Below are positions 1 to 8,971 of a stretch of DNA of 64,000 nt, one piece after another (positions within the stretch are counted from its first letter, which is position 1; each line of letters begins with the position of its first letter). The notes below the pieces were generated by a model. The model did not search any database and was not told the DNA's origin. It saw only the letters and a program-made list of their open reading frames with translations. Made by a program: the position numbers and the translations under genes. The stretch spans positions 130,278-194,277 of the forward strand of contig CAZCGQ010000002.1 of the NCBI GenBank assembly GCA_964498425.1, in the 5' to 3' direction. This DNA is from an uncultured Gammaproteobacteria bacterium. GTDB taxonomy: Bacteria > Patescibacteriota > Microgenomatia > UBA12405 > JAHJSD01.

Positions 1-1105
1 TCAAGCCCTTAACCTTTTCCTCTGATTGGACTTCAAAATAATGAGATACCTTAGAAAGAATTTCATCAAGCTGGCCGGTTTCTTCACCAGTTGAGGCCAT
101 TTGGTACATAATCGGCGGGAAAACACCCGTTTCCTCAAGAGCTTCCGATAAAGGCACCCCCTTTTCAACTCGATCAGCTGAATTATTTAAGCCCTGAATA
201 TATATTTCGTTACCTGAAGTTCGAGCAACAATCTCCAAAGATTCAACCAAAGAAACTCCCGCTCCAAGCAATATTGACAAAGTTCGGTTTAACTCCGCCA
301 AATTTATTGTTTTGTTCATCTGTCCAATAATTGGAACTTTCAGTTTTAACTCATCGATCTTCAGCCGATATTCCTCAACGGAAACTAAATATTTATACAC
401 CACAAAACCAACTCCAGCCAAAACCGGAAAAAGCCAAACATTATTAGAAATAAATCCAGACAAGCCCATTAAAATTCGTGTCGGCAAAGGTAATTCGGCA
501 TCAAATTCCTCATACAAAGACATCATCTTCGGGATAACAAATATCATCATGATAAAGGTAACTAAAACCATTCCAACAACGATAATTACTGGGTAGATCA
601 TTGCTCCCTTAACCTTTCCGACAAATTCCTTTTTCTTTTCTAAATTTTCAGCAAGGCGCTCAAGTACTTCATCAAGTACTCCTCCTTGTTCACCAGCTCT
701 AACAGAGGCTAAATAAACATCGCTAAACGCCCCGCCTTCCTCCGCCAAAGAATCAGCCAAACTTGATCCTCCCTCGACCTTAGCTAAAACCCGACCAATA
801 ATTTCAGATAAACGACCATCAGTTTGTTCCTCAAGTAGTTTTAAAGCCTCACTCAACGGCAAACCAGTATTGATCATCGTTGACAATTGGCGGGTAAAAC
901 TAGCCAAACTATCTATTCCGATTCTCTTAAATAAAGAGGAGGTAAAAGCGTCCAAAAAAGATGTCTTTTTCTCTTTAAGTTCAAGCAGAACAAACCCCTT
1001 ATCTTGTAAAAGTTTTATTGCCCCTTGTCGGGTTCTCGCTTCAACAATTCCGTTAGCATTTCTGCCTAACTCATTTTTAGCTTTATAGGTAAACTTTTTT
1101 AACAT
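1..1105 (-). CDS. pilC: Type IV pilus assembly / T2SS platform protein PilC (GspF family), truncated by the window edge (start at 1105, runs off the left end)
   Basis: Reverse-strand translation from ATG at 1105-1103 gives MLKKFTYKAKNELG...GspF-like protein with two T2SSF repeats and TM segments (IYPVIIVVGMVLVTFIMMIF). It sits directly after pilT and pilB on the same strand. Confidence 0.85.
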   Translation of the reverse strand, partial: MLKKFTYKAKNELGRNANGIVEARTRQGAIKLLQDKGFVLLELKEKKTSFLDAFTSSLFKRIGIDSLASFTRQLSTMINTGLPLSEALKLLEEQTDGRLSEIIGRVLAKVEGGSSLADSLAEEGGAFSDVYLASVRAGEQGGVLDEVLERLAENLEKKKEFVGKVKGAMIYPVIIVVGMVLVTFIMMIFVIPKMMSLYEEFDAELPLPTRILMGLSGFISNNVWLFPVLAGVGFVVYKYLVSVEEYRLKIDELKLKVPIIGQMNKTINLAELNRTLSILLGAGVSLVESLEIVARTSGNEIYIQGLNNSADRVEKGVPLSEALEETGVFPPIMYQMASTGEETGQLDEILSKVSHYFEVQSEEKVKGL

Positions 1106-1107
1106 TA

Positions 1108-2163
1108 TTATCTCTCCAACATCCGATACAACTTTTCCTGGTCAATAGCAAAGGATGTAGCTACTTCCTTATCAACTCGACCTTTTTTAACCCACTGGGC
1201 TAAAGACCGCTCTAAAGGAATCATCCCCATCTCCGAAGAAGTTTGAATAATATTGTCAATCATGTGAACCTTATTTTCGCGAATTGAATTTTTAACTGCT
1301 GAGGTTGACAATAAAACCTCCACTGCCGGGACAAGATTATCATCTCTGGTTGGTATCAATCTTTGCGATACCACTGCTCTTAGCGTATTCAACATCTGGG
1401 CTCTAACCTGATCCTGAGATCCCTTAGGAAAAGCATCAACAACCCGGTCAATTGTTTCAGCAGCAGAATTGGTGTGCAAAGTTGAAAAAACCAAATGGCC
1501 GGTTTCAGCTATACTCAAAACTATTTCGATTGACTTTAAGTCCCTCATCTCTCCAACAAAAATTACATCCGGGTCTTCCCTTAAAACCGATCTAAGGGCT
1601 CGATTCCAGCTTAAAGTATCCCTACCAACTTCCCGCTGTGAAACAATTGCCTCCTTGGGCTCAATAAAATACTCAATCGGGTCTTCAATAGTAATTATGT
1701 GAACACCACGTCGACTATTTATTTCCTCAAGAATAGCTGCAACAGTTGTTGATTTTCCATGTCCGGCTGGGCCGGTAATCAAAACTAAACCTTGCTGCCA
1801 GTCAACAAACCGCTGCAAAACTGAGGGCAAATTTAGTTCTTCCAAAGAAGGGATCTCTGCTGGTATTGTCCGAAAGGAAGCGGCCGGCATTCCCTTAGCA
1901 TAATAAACATTTACCCGAAATCTCACCCCATTCGGCAAAGCGTAGGAAAAATCAACTTCCTTTTCCTCGATTAGCTTTTTACTTTGTTCCTCTGATAATA
2001 CTGCCTTGACTAATTCTTCAACCTTTTCATCACTCAGCTCTGGATGATTAACCAACGGTTCCAGTTGTCCATTTATTCTTAAAGTCGGCTTAATTCCAGC
2101 AATTAAATGCAAATCCGAAGCTTTATTCTTTGAGGCTAGTTCTAATAACTCTTTTATTTCCAT
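1108..2163 (-). CDS. pilT: Twitching-motility ATPase PilT (type IV pilus retraction ATPase)
   Basis: 351 aa with Walker A GPAGHGKSTT, Asp box, Walker B DVIFVGEMRD and His box TLHTN, typical of PilT/PilU. Located in the pilB-pilT-pilC cluster. Confidence 0.9.
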   Translation of the reverse strand: MEIKELLELASKNKASDLHLIAGIKPTLRINGQLEPLVNHPELSDEKVEELVKAVLSEEQSKKLIEEKEVDFSYALPNGVRFRVNVYYAKGMPAASFRTIPAEIPSLEELNLPSVLQRFVDWQQGLVLITGPAGHGKSTTVAAILEEINSRRGVHIITIEDPIEYFIEPKEAIVSQREVGRDTLSWNRALRSVLREDPDVIFVGEMRDLKSIEIVLSIAETGHLVFSTLHTNSAAETIDRVVDAFPKGSQDQVRAQMLNTLRAVVSQRLIPTRDDNLVPAVEVLLSTSAVKNSIRENKVHMIDNIIQTSSEMGMIPLERSLAQWVKKGRVDKEVATSFAIDQEKLYRMLER

Positions 2164-2165
2164 TA

Positions 2166-3911
2166 TTAAAATTCCGCTACCCTTAATACTTCCTCAATAG
2201 TAGTAATTCCTTCTAGCGCTTTGAGGTATCCATCCTGTTTCATCGTTAACATTCCCTGTTTCCTAGCCAATTTTTCCATTTCACTAGCAGCTGATTTTTC
2301 AACAATCAATTTAGCAATTTCATCAGTAACCGGCATTACTTCAAAAATACCGATTCTTTTTCGATAACCTGTTCCTCCGCAACTCTCACATCCCTTGCCT
2401 TTCCATAAGGTTAAGCTCTTTCCCTTAGTTTCTTTTTTCTGTTTTTCAATCGCTGACTGGTACATGTCACCAAGAACCTCTCTAATATCATCTTCCATCT
2501 CCTTATCAGGATGAAATTCTTCTTTACAATCTTCACAAATTCGTCTTAATACCCGCTGTGCAATTACCGTTGTCAATGATGAAACTAATAAAAAGGGTTC
2601 CGCCCCCATATCTATCAACCGAGGTGGAGCACCAGCGGCATTATTGGTATGCAGAGTAGAGAAAACCAAGTGGCCGGTTAAGGCAGCATGAATCGCCAAA
2701 TGTGTTGTTTCTTCATCTCTAATTTCTCCAACCATAATTATATCCGGATCTTGTCGAAGGAAAGACCTTAACGCGGATGAAAAAGTTAAGCCTGCTTGCG
2801 GATTAACCTGGACTTGATTAACCCCTTCAATCTGATATTCAACTGGATCTTCGATAGTCATCGTATTCACCTTAACTGTATTAATCTTGTGCAGTCCTGA
2901 ATATAAGGTAGTAGTTTTCCCAGAGCCAGTTGGGCCACAAACAATAACCATGCCCTGAGGGTTATCAATAGAATTCTGAACATTGCGCAAAGCTTTACCT
3001 CTTAAACCCAATTCCGGCAAGGTTGGAATTTTCTGTTCTTTCTTAAGCAAGCGCATAACCACTTTCTCACCGTAAACAGTTGGTGCCGTCGATACCCGCA
3101 AATCAACTGCATCCCCATCGGCAGTAAAGGTAAACCGCCCGTCTTGGGGAATTCTACGCTCGTCAATCTTCAAATCAGCTAAAATTTTAATTCGTGAAAC
3201 AACTGCCTCATGAATTTTTTTGGGCAAGACCAACTTTTCATTTAAAATCCCATCAATTCGATATCTCACTCGAGTTTCTTCTTCCATCGGTTCTATATGA
3301 ACGTCAGAAGCCCGCGAACGCATGGCAAACTGCAAAATTGTTGAAACCACTTTCGCAATTGGGGCTTCTCGAATAACTTCTTCCAAATGATCTAAATCTG
3401 GCAGTTTTTCATTTGATGGTTTTTTTTCAGTTTCTCCTAATGCTTGTTCAACTTGAGTTGTCAATTCCTGTTCGTAATGAGTATCAACCAATTGATCAAT
3501 CTGCTCCGGCAAACCAAAATAGGCAATTATCCTCATTTCGGTTTTTTTCTCCAAAAACTCAATTGTTTCCAAATCCAGCGGATCAGCCATGGCTACACTC
3601 AACTCCTTGTCATCTTCGTCCACCTTAAATGGAATCAAGTGATATCGCTCGGCTACGCTTCTTGGAACATAAGAAACACTAACCGGAGAAAACCCTTCTT
3701 TCTCCAAATCCACAAAGGGGATATCGTATAGCTCTGATTTAGCTTGAAAAATATCCCTTTTCGGGACTAATCCCTTACTAAGAAGAACTTCTTCTTGACT
3801 TTTATCAGATTGCAATTGGAAAAGTTTAACTTCTTTTGCTTGTTCTTGATTAATTTTGCCCTTTTCATGCAAAATATCAACCAGTGATTTTTCGTTAACC
3901 ATTGATATCAT
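2166..3911 (-). CDS. pilB: Type IV pilus assembly ATPase PilB (GspE family)
   Basis: 581 aa with an N-terminal GspE_N-like region, Walker A GPTGSGKTTT, a tetra-Cys zinc motif (CEDC...CESCGG), DPDIIMVGEIRD and TLHTN. Confidence 0.9.
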   Translation of the reverse strand: MISMVNEKSLVDILHEKGKINQEQAKEVKLFQLQSDKSQEEVLLSKGLVPKRDIFQAKSELYDIPFVDLEKEGFSPVSVSYVPRSVAERYHLIPFKVDEDDKELSVAMADPLDLETIEFLEKKTEMRIIAYFGLPEQIDQLVDTHYEQELTTQVEQALGETEKKPSNEKLPDLDHLEEVIREAPIAKVVSTILQFAMRSRASDVHIEPMEEETRVRYRIDGILNEKLVLPKKIHEAVVSRIKILADLKIDERRIPQDGRFTFTADGDAVDLRVSTAPTVYGEKVVMRLLKKEQKIPTLPELGLRGKALRNVQNSIDNPQGMVIVCGPTGSGKTTTLYSGLHKINTVKVNTMTIEDPVEYQIEGVNQVQVNPQAGLTFSSALRSFLRQDPDIIMVGEIRDEETTHLAIHAALTGHLVFSTLHTNNAAGAPPRLIDMGAEPFLLVSSLTTVIAQRVLRRICEDCKEEFHPDKEMEDDIREVLGDMYQSAIEKQKKETKGKSLTLWKGKGCESCGGTGYRKRIGIFEVMPVTDEIAKLIVEKSAASEMEKLARKQGMLTMKQDGYLKALEGITTIEEVLRVAEF

Positions 3912-3960
3912 CTTGGCACATTTAAATTACAAATTCAAGACAAGATGTTAAAATGAAAAC

Positions 3961-4602
3961 ATGAGTTATTTAATCATCGGCGGGACGCCTAAACAACAAC
4001 AAGAAAAAATTAAAGAGATTACCTCCCAGTCAAGCTCCAGCCCAGCCAATAACCCTGACCGGTTAGAAATCAAGCCCGATAAAACCATTGGCATTGACCA
4101 AATACGGCAAATAAAAACCTTCTTAGGTAAAAAAAGCTGGCACAGCAAAAATATAAAAACAGTAATCATTTACGAAGGCCAAACAATGACACCACCGGCC
4201 CAAAACGCCTTTTTAAAAACCCTGGAGGAGCCGCCACCAAACTCCCAAATAATCATTACCAGTATGTCCAAAAATGCTTTACTACCAACAATAATCTCCC
4301 GATGTCAAACTTTCAAACTATCAACTTCGTCAACACTAAAAAAATCCGATGCTAAAAAATACCTTAAGGACTGGCAAAAAATTGTAAATTCAAAGATTGA
4401 CGAAAGACTAAATATAATGTCTAAAATTAAGCCTGATGACTTAAACAAATATATTCAAACCTTACAGATTCAGCTTAATAATAAAAACATTAATAAAGCC
4501 AATATAGGGGATTGGCTGGAAAATTTAGTCAAAACCAAGCAGTTAATTGAAAATAATGTCAGCCTTAACCATGCAGTTGATTGGCTAGCCCTGAAATTAT
4601 AA
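3961..4602 (+). CDS. holB: DNA polymerase III delta-prime-like clamp-loader subunit (short form)
   Basis: 213 aa containing the PPAQNAFLKTLEEPP motif and the SRC motif region IISRCQTF characteristic of delta-prime/gamma clamp-loader subunits. It lacks a P-loop, consistent with delta-prime. Confidence 0.6.
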   Translation: MSYLIIGGTPKQQQEKIKEITSQSSSSPANNPDRLEIKPDKTIGIDQIRQIKTFLGKKSWHSKNIKTVIIYEGQTMTPPAQNAFLKTLEEPPPNSQIIITSMSKNALLPTIISRCQTFKLSTSSTLKKSDAKKYLKDWQKIVNSKIDERLNIMSKIKPDDLNKYIQTLQIQLNNKNINKANIGDWLENLVKTKQLIENNVSLNHAVDWLALKL

Positions 4603-4610
4603 AATAAATC

Positions 4611-5687
4611 ATGTTCACCCCTAAATATTCAATCAACAGCCAAATTTTAAACAGCATTTCACAAATTGAAAGCTCGAAAGCAATTATTGATGCGTCTCCA
4701 ATTATACCTGCCTATGAAAAACAATTTCAGGAAGAAGCTATCGTTAATGCCGTTCACTACGGAACTAAACTAGAAGGAAATGATCTCAGCTTTAATCAAG
4801 TTGCTAAGGTAATGGAAGGAAAACAAGTCTATGCCGCTAAAAGAGATATTCAAGAAGTAATCAATTATCGGGAAGTAATGGACCATCTGGAAAGCTTAAG
4901 CCAGGAAAAAGAATCAAACGAAAAATTATATAACAAGCAAACTCTTTGTAATATCCATCAAAAAACCGTTGATGGAATTGTTTCCGAAGACCAAACTGGT
5001 CAATTTCGTAATCTCCAAGTAACAATTCGAAACAGCGTTACTGACGAAATTTTTTTCCGGCCGCCGCCGCCGATAGAAGTTGAATACTTAATCGAAGATT
5101 TTTTTAATTGGCTGAACAGCGACGCAGCCAAACAAACACACCCCGTTCTTAAAGCAGGTATAACTCACTACACCTTAGTAGCTATTCATCCCTTTACAGA
5201 AGGAAACGGACGGACGGCGAGAGCAATGACAACTCTAGTCTTAATGCAGGAAAACTACAATATTAAACGTTTATTTGCACTGGAGGAATATTTTGACCGT
5301 CACGCTGAAAGGTACTATAACTCCCTGCAGGCAGTCTCCATGCAAAAAGGGGAAATCAGCGACCGTGACCAAACCCCTTGGCTGGAATATTTCACCACCG
5401 CCTTATCAACAGAATTAAAGAAAATTGAAGAAAAGGTTCGACAAATATCATCTGACATCAGCCTGAAAAAAAAGTTGGGTAATAAACAAATCCCAATAAA
5501 CAAACGTCAGGTAAAACTAGTAGAATACATGCGAGAATATAACGCCTTAAGGATGTCTGATGCCCGGGACATTATTCCAATGGTTTCCGACGATACTATA
5601 TGGCGAGATCTTAGAAAACTAATTGAAGCCGGCATCGTTGAAAAAAAAGGAAGCACCAAAGGAGCTTATTACCGCTTAGTATCTTAA
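4611..5687 (+). CDS. Fic/DOC family protein (putative AMP transferase) with a C-terminal winged-HTH-like tail
   Basis: 358 aa with the canonical Fic motif HPFTEGNGRTARAM. A degenerate N-terminal inhibitory-helix-like element is present (GTKLEGNDL). Confidence 0.8.
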   Translation: MFTPKYSINSQILNSISQIESSKAIIDASPIIPAYEKQFQEEAIVNAVHYGTKLEGNDLSFNQVAKVMEGKQVYAAKRDIQEVINYREVMDHLESLSQEKESNEKLYNKQTLCNIHQKTVDGIVSEDQTGQFRNLQVTIRNSVTDEIFFRPPPPIEVEYLIEDFFNWLNSDAAKQTHPVLKAGITHYTLVAIHPFTEGNGRTARAMTTLVLMQENYNIKRLFALEEYFDRHAERYYNSLQAVSMQKGEISDRDQTPWLEYFTTALSTELKKIEEKVRQISSDISLKKKLGNKQIPINKRQVKLVEYMREYNALRMSDARDIIPMVSDDTIWRDLRKLIEAGIVEKKGSTKGAYYRLVS

Positions 5688-5699
5688 TAAAAATCAAAA

Positions 5700-6650
5700 A
5701 TGTTATTTCACTTTATTCTTTTAACCGTTTTTTCAATTTTACTCGCCCTGACAACCAATCTTGTTTTGAAATCCCTAAAAAGAATTTCAATCATTACCAA
5801 AATGGATAACTACGCCTTGGCCAACTTTCTACTCGCTTTAGGTACGTCCTTGCCAGAATTATCCATTGGCATCCAAGCAGCCATTGCTAATCAATCCAGC
5901 CTCTCTCTCGGCAACGTTCTTGGTTCAAACATTGCTAATCTTTCAATTGTTATCGGCGGAGCAACTCTAATTGGCGGCAGTCTAAAAATCAACAAAAATG
6001 TTATCCAAAAGAATATTTTAATTACCTTCTTAATTGCTATTGCCCCCCTTTTATTTATGATCGACCGAGAACTCGGCACAATTGATGGTTTAATTCTTTT
6101 AGCTATCTTTATCATCTGGGAAGTCTCATCGTTTCCCGGTCAAAACAGACGGGGAAGATTGCTCTCCAGCTTAAAAACCAAAGTTGGTAGAAAAAAAGTA
6201 AATCACCTCGCCGTTCACACCGGTAAACTTTTTCTTGGTCTCGGCGGCTTGTTTCTATCCGCCCATATTCTTGTTGACAGCGCTCACTTTCTAGCCAACC
6301 ACTTCAACATTCCTCCAGTAATAGTCGGTATTTTTCTCATCGGCTTAGGTAGTTCCTTACCGGAATTAGTCCTTCAGTCAAAAGCAATCAAAAACAAAGA
6401 GCCAGAAATTGCCCTTGGAGACCTGCTCGGCTCGGTTGTATTTAACTCCTCACTAATTATTGGGGTTACGGCCATTCTCCAACCCTTCAATCTAACCCAA
6501 CCCCGGCTGTATTTTCTATCTGCTATATTTTTTCTTATTGCCTTTGGCCTTTTTTACCTCTTTATCAGAACAAAAAACATCCTCGAACGCTGGGAAGGGG
6601 CAATTCTTCTCATGTTATATTTAGTTTTGGTTTCTATCGGATTAATTTAA
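5700..6650 (+). CDS. CaCA-family cation/Ca2+ exchanger (YrbG-like Na+/Ca2+ antiporter)
   Basis: 316 aa polytopic membrane protein with two alpha-repeat motifs: GTSLPELSIGIQAA...GNVLGSNIANLSIVIGG and GSSLPELVLQSKA...GDLLGSVVFNSSLIIG. Confidence 0.7.
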   Translation: MLFHFILLTVFSILLALTTNLVLKSLKRISIITKMDNYALANFLLALGTSLPELSIGIQAAIANQSSLSLGNVLGSNIANLSIVIGGATLIGGSLKINKNVIQKNILITFLIAIAPLLFMIDRELGTIDGLILLAIFIIWEVSSFPGQNRRGRLLSSLKTKVGRKKVNHLAVHTGKLFLGLGGLFLSAHILVDSAHFLANHFNIPPVIVGIFLIGLGSSLPELVLQSKAIKNKEPEIALGDLLGSVVFNSSLIIGVTAILQPFNLTQPRLYFLSAIFFLIAFGLFYLFIRTKNILERWEGAILLMLYLVLVSIGLI

Positions 6651-6657
6651 TCCACTT

Positions 6658-7035
6658 ATGTTTAAAAACCTACTTGATGCCGCCAAACAATTGGCTGAAA
6701 AAATCAATCAAGATAAAATTCAGCCAACCAAAACAATTGGCTTATCCGAAAACGGAAAAAAAATCGCCAACTATCTAAAAAGGCTCCTTCCATCAACCGC
6801 CAACCGCAAACACCTAGCCACTATTTTAATTACCGACGACGGTAATCTTCCTTTAAACAAACTTATCCACGCAGTCAAACTTTATCGGCAAAAAAACGTC
6901 AAAAGGATAATTGTCGGCTTGCCAATTTATAAACATGATGATGTTCTAGAGTTGGAAAAACTGGCTGATGCTGTTTACACTGTCCACGAACCGGCAACCT
7001 TTATTTCCGCCGCCGAATTCTATCAGGACCTCTAA
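6658..7035 (+). CDS. Hypothetical protein (125 aa)
   Basis: ORF with plausible coding composition and no recognisable motif. There is a weak PRTase-like flavour (IIVGLPIYKHDDVLE). Confidence 0.35.
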   Translation: MFKNLLDAAKQLAEKINQDKIQPTKTIGLSENGKKIANYLKRLLPSTANRKHLATILITDDGNLPLNKLIHAVKLYRQKNVKRIIVGLPIYKHDDVLELEKLADAVYTVHEPATFISAAEFYQDL

Positions 7036-7068
7036 TATTGGGGACCAAGCCACTCGCGAGCAGCTGGG

Positions 7069-7139
7069 TGGACCTGCCGGGAATCGAACCCGGAACATAC
7101 CCATGCGAAGGGTACGGTATACCGTTTACCTACAGGCCC
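7069..7139 (-). tRNA. tRNA-Ala (anticodon CGC)
   Basis: Reverse complement folds as a cloverleaf: GGGCCTG-TA-GGTA/AACGGTA/TACC-G-TACCC/TTCGCAT/GGGTA-TGTT-CCGGG/TTCGATT/CCCGG-CAGGTCC-A. It has the G3:U70 Ala identity pair and anticodon CGC. CCA is not encoded. Confidence 0.8.
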
Positions 7140-7156
7140 CATGAACCAATTTTATC

Positions 7157-7468
7157 ATGTTAAAATTAACTATGGTAAAAAAAATTGGCGACTCAAATGC
7201 CTTTCAACAAGTCTTAGACAAACTAGACCAAAGGCGAAAATATGTTAAAAAGGAATTTCAAGCTTACGGCCTAGAATTGGCCGAAGAACTCAATGACTGG
7301 AAAAACAAATCCCTCTACATTAGACTAGCCAAAAACACGCCACGAGAACTGCTTGAAAAAGCATTAAATTTCGTCAAAGACCAACCAAAAGGTGAAATAC
7401 GCAGCCGTGCACGGTTGTTTATGTGGAAGCTTAAACAACTACGGGATGAAAAAGAAAAAGAAGAATGA
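7157..7468 (+). CDS. Hypothetical charged protein (103 aa)
   Basis: ORF only. The protein is K/E-rich and helical-looking. Confidence 0.35.
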   Translation: MLKLTMVKKIGDSNAFQQVLDKLDQRRKYVKKEFQAYGLELAEELNDWKNKSLYIRLAKNTPRELLEKALNFVKDQPKGEIRSRARLFMWKLKQLRDEKEKEE

Positions 7469-7485
7469 TAAACTGACCTTAGACA

Positions 7486-8304
7486 ATGAAAAAATTAATC
7501 ATTCTATCCGTTATCGCCTTACTTCTCCCAGCCTTATTTTTGGTTGCCCAATCTCAAAAGCGTCAACCCAAAATAGTTAAACGGGCCTCTTCACAAGAAG
7601 AAACTATCGAACCCCTAATTTTGCCTGGCGAAGTTGTTGCTGACCGTCAAGTAACTCTCCGTTTTCAAACTTCAGGAAAACTAGCTTGGCTGGGGGCAGA
7701 GGAGGGAACTGAAGTAAAAAAGGGCCAGGCCATTGCCAAGCTCGATACAGTTGAACTTGAAAAAAAATTCCAGAAAGAAATGAACGATTATCTCAAACAG
7801 CGCTGGACCTTCGAACAAACCCATGATGATTATCAGGATGAAAAAGACCGGCATTTAATCACTGATGAAATAAAACGAATTCTGGAAAAAGCTCAATTTG
7901 ATTTGGAAAGCAGTGTTATTGACACTGAAATTGCTAATTTAGCTGTCAAATATGCAACGATAATCAGTCCGATTGATGGAATTGTTACTAGTCTCGACCA
8001 ACCTGTTACTGGCGTAAACATAACTCCGGCAACCTCCGAAATTACCGTTACCGATCCCAACAGTGTTTATTTTCAACTTGAAGCTGATGAAGAGGAAGTC
8101 GTTAATCTCCAAGAAAAGATGACCGGAAAAATAATTCTTGACTCCTATCCCAACCTGGAATTCGACTCAGCCGTTGACTTTATCAGCTTCACCCCAATAT
8201 CAACTTCTGGTTCAGCCTCATACGCGGTTAAATGCCCTCTGCCTGCTAATAATAATCTTCGGTTCCGAGTTGGCATGGCCGGCGAAATGGAAATTAACAA
8301 CTAA
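7486..8304 (+). CDS. Efflux-pump periplasmic adaptor subunit (HlyD/MacA-like membrane-fusion protein)
   Basis: 272 aa with an N-terminal signal/TM segment (MKKLIILSVIALLLPALFLVA). It has a coiled-coil/lipoyl-like adaptor architecture (AKLDTVELEKKFQ..., SPIDGIVTSL). It sits immediately upstream of the MacB-like ATPase and permease. Confidence 0.6.
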   Translation: MKKLIILSVIALLLPALFLVAQSQKRQPKIVKRASSQEETIEPLILPGEVVADRQVTLRFQTSGKLAWLGAEEGTEVKKGQAIAKLDTVELEKKFQKEMNDYLKQRWTFEQTHDDYQDEKDRHLITDEIKRILEKAQFDLESSVIDTEIANLAVKYATIISPIDGIVTSLDQPVTGVNITPATSEITVTDPNSVYFQLEADEEEVVNLQEKMTGKIILDSYPNLEFDSAVDFISFTPISTSGSASYAVKCPLPANNNLRFRVGMAGEMEINN

Positions 8305-8308
8305 ACCG

Positions 8309-8971
8309 ATGATAACTCTAAAAGATGTTTCTAAAAGCTATCATCTTGGAGAAACAACTGTCCACGCTTTAAACAACGTTTCTCTAGAAATTAAAAAAGG
8401 AGATTCAATCAGCATTCTTGGACCTTCAGGTTCAGGTAAATCAACCTTAATGCACATTGCCTCTGGCTTGGACTTACCCGACGAAGGCAAAGTCATTTGG
8501 GACAAAAGGGATATTTCCAATTACCCCACTCAAAAACTTGCTCGGTTCAGAAATAATAAAGTCGGATTTATTTTCCAACAATTCTTTCTACTTCCCAAAA
8601 TGACTGTCTTAGAAAATGTACTCCTTCCAACCCAATACGCTAATTCCAAAGAAAACATTCAACAACAAGCAAAAGAAATTCTTAACCTAGTTGGCCTGGA
8701 AAACAGAATGCACCACACCCCCAACCAACTGTCCGGGGGAGAACAACAGCGGGTTGCAATTGCTCGTTCCCTAATCAATAACCCTGAAGTCATTTTTGCT
8801 GATGAACCAACCGGCAACCTAGACTCCAAAACCGGCCGAAAGATTATGGCTATTCTTAAAAAGTTAAATAATGAAAACAAGATTACTTTAATTGCCGTTA
8901 CCCATGATCCGTTAGTCACCGAATACACCCAAAGAGAGGTGCGATTAGCTGATGGAAAAATAGTTCAATGA
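8309..8971 (+). CDS. ABC transporter ATP-binding protein (MacB/LolD-like)
   Basis: Walker [11 protein letters not shown]-loop, ABC signature [15 protein letters not shown], Walker [13 protein letters not shown], and H-loop THD. Start placed at ATG 8309 (MITLKDVSK) because the longer ORF from 8138 overlaps the upstream gene. Confidence 0.85.
   Translation: MITLKDVSKSYHLGETTVHALNNVSLEIKKGDSISILGPSGSGKSTLMHIASGLDLPDEGKVIWDKRDISNYPTQKLARFRNNKVGFIFQQFFLLPKMTVLENVLLPTQYANSKENIQQQAKEILNLVGLENRMHHTPNQLSGGEQQRVAIARSLINNPEVIFADEPTGNLDSKTGRKIMAILKKLNNENKITLIAVTHDPLVTEYTQREVRLADGKIVQ

Noticed and set aside
312-1088. Plus-strand ORFs 312-596 and 870-1088
   Set aside because: They lie antisense inside the pilC (GspF) coding region and have low-complexity, non-protein-like translations. 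The minus-strand reading gives a full GspF-family protein.
1469-3731. Several 60-95 aa plus-strand ORFs inside pilT/pilB (1469-1702, 3194-3376, 3413-3628, 3444-3731)
   Set aside because: These are antisense shadows of well-supported ATPase genes.
8138-8308. Long N-terminal extension of the ABC ATPase ORF starting at 8138
   Set aside because: The extension overlaps the adaptor gene by 167 nt and translates to non-homologous sequence. The ATG at 8309 gives a canonical MacB-like N-terminus right after the upstream stop.
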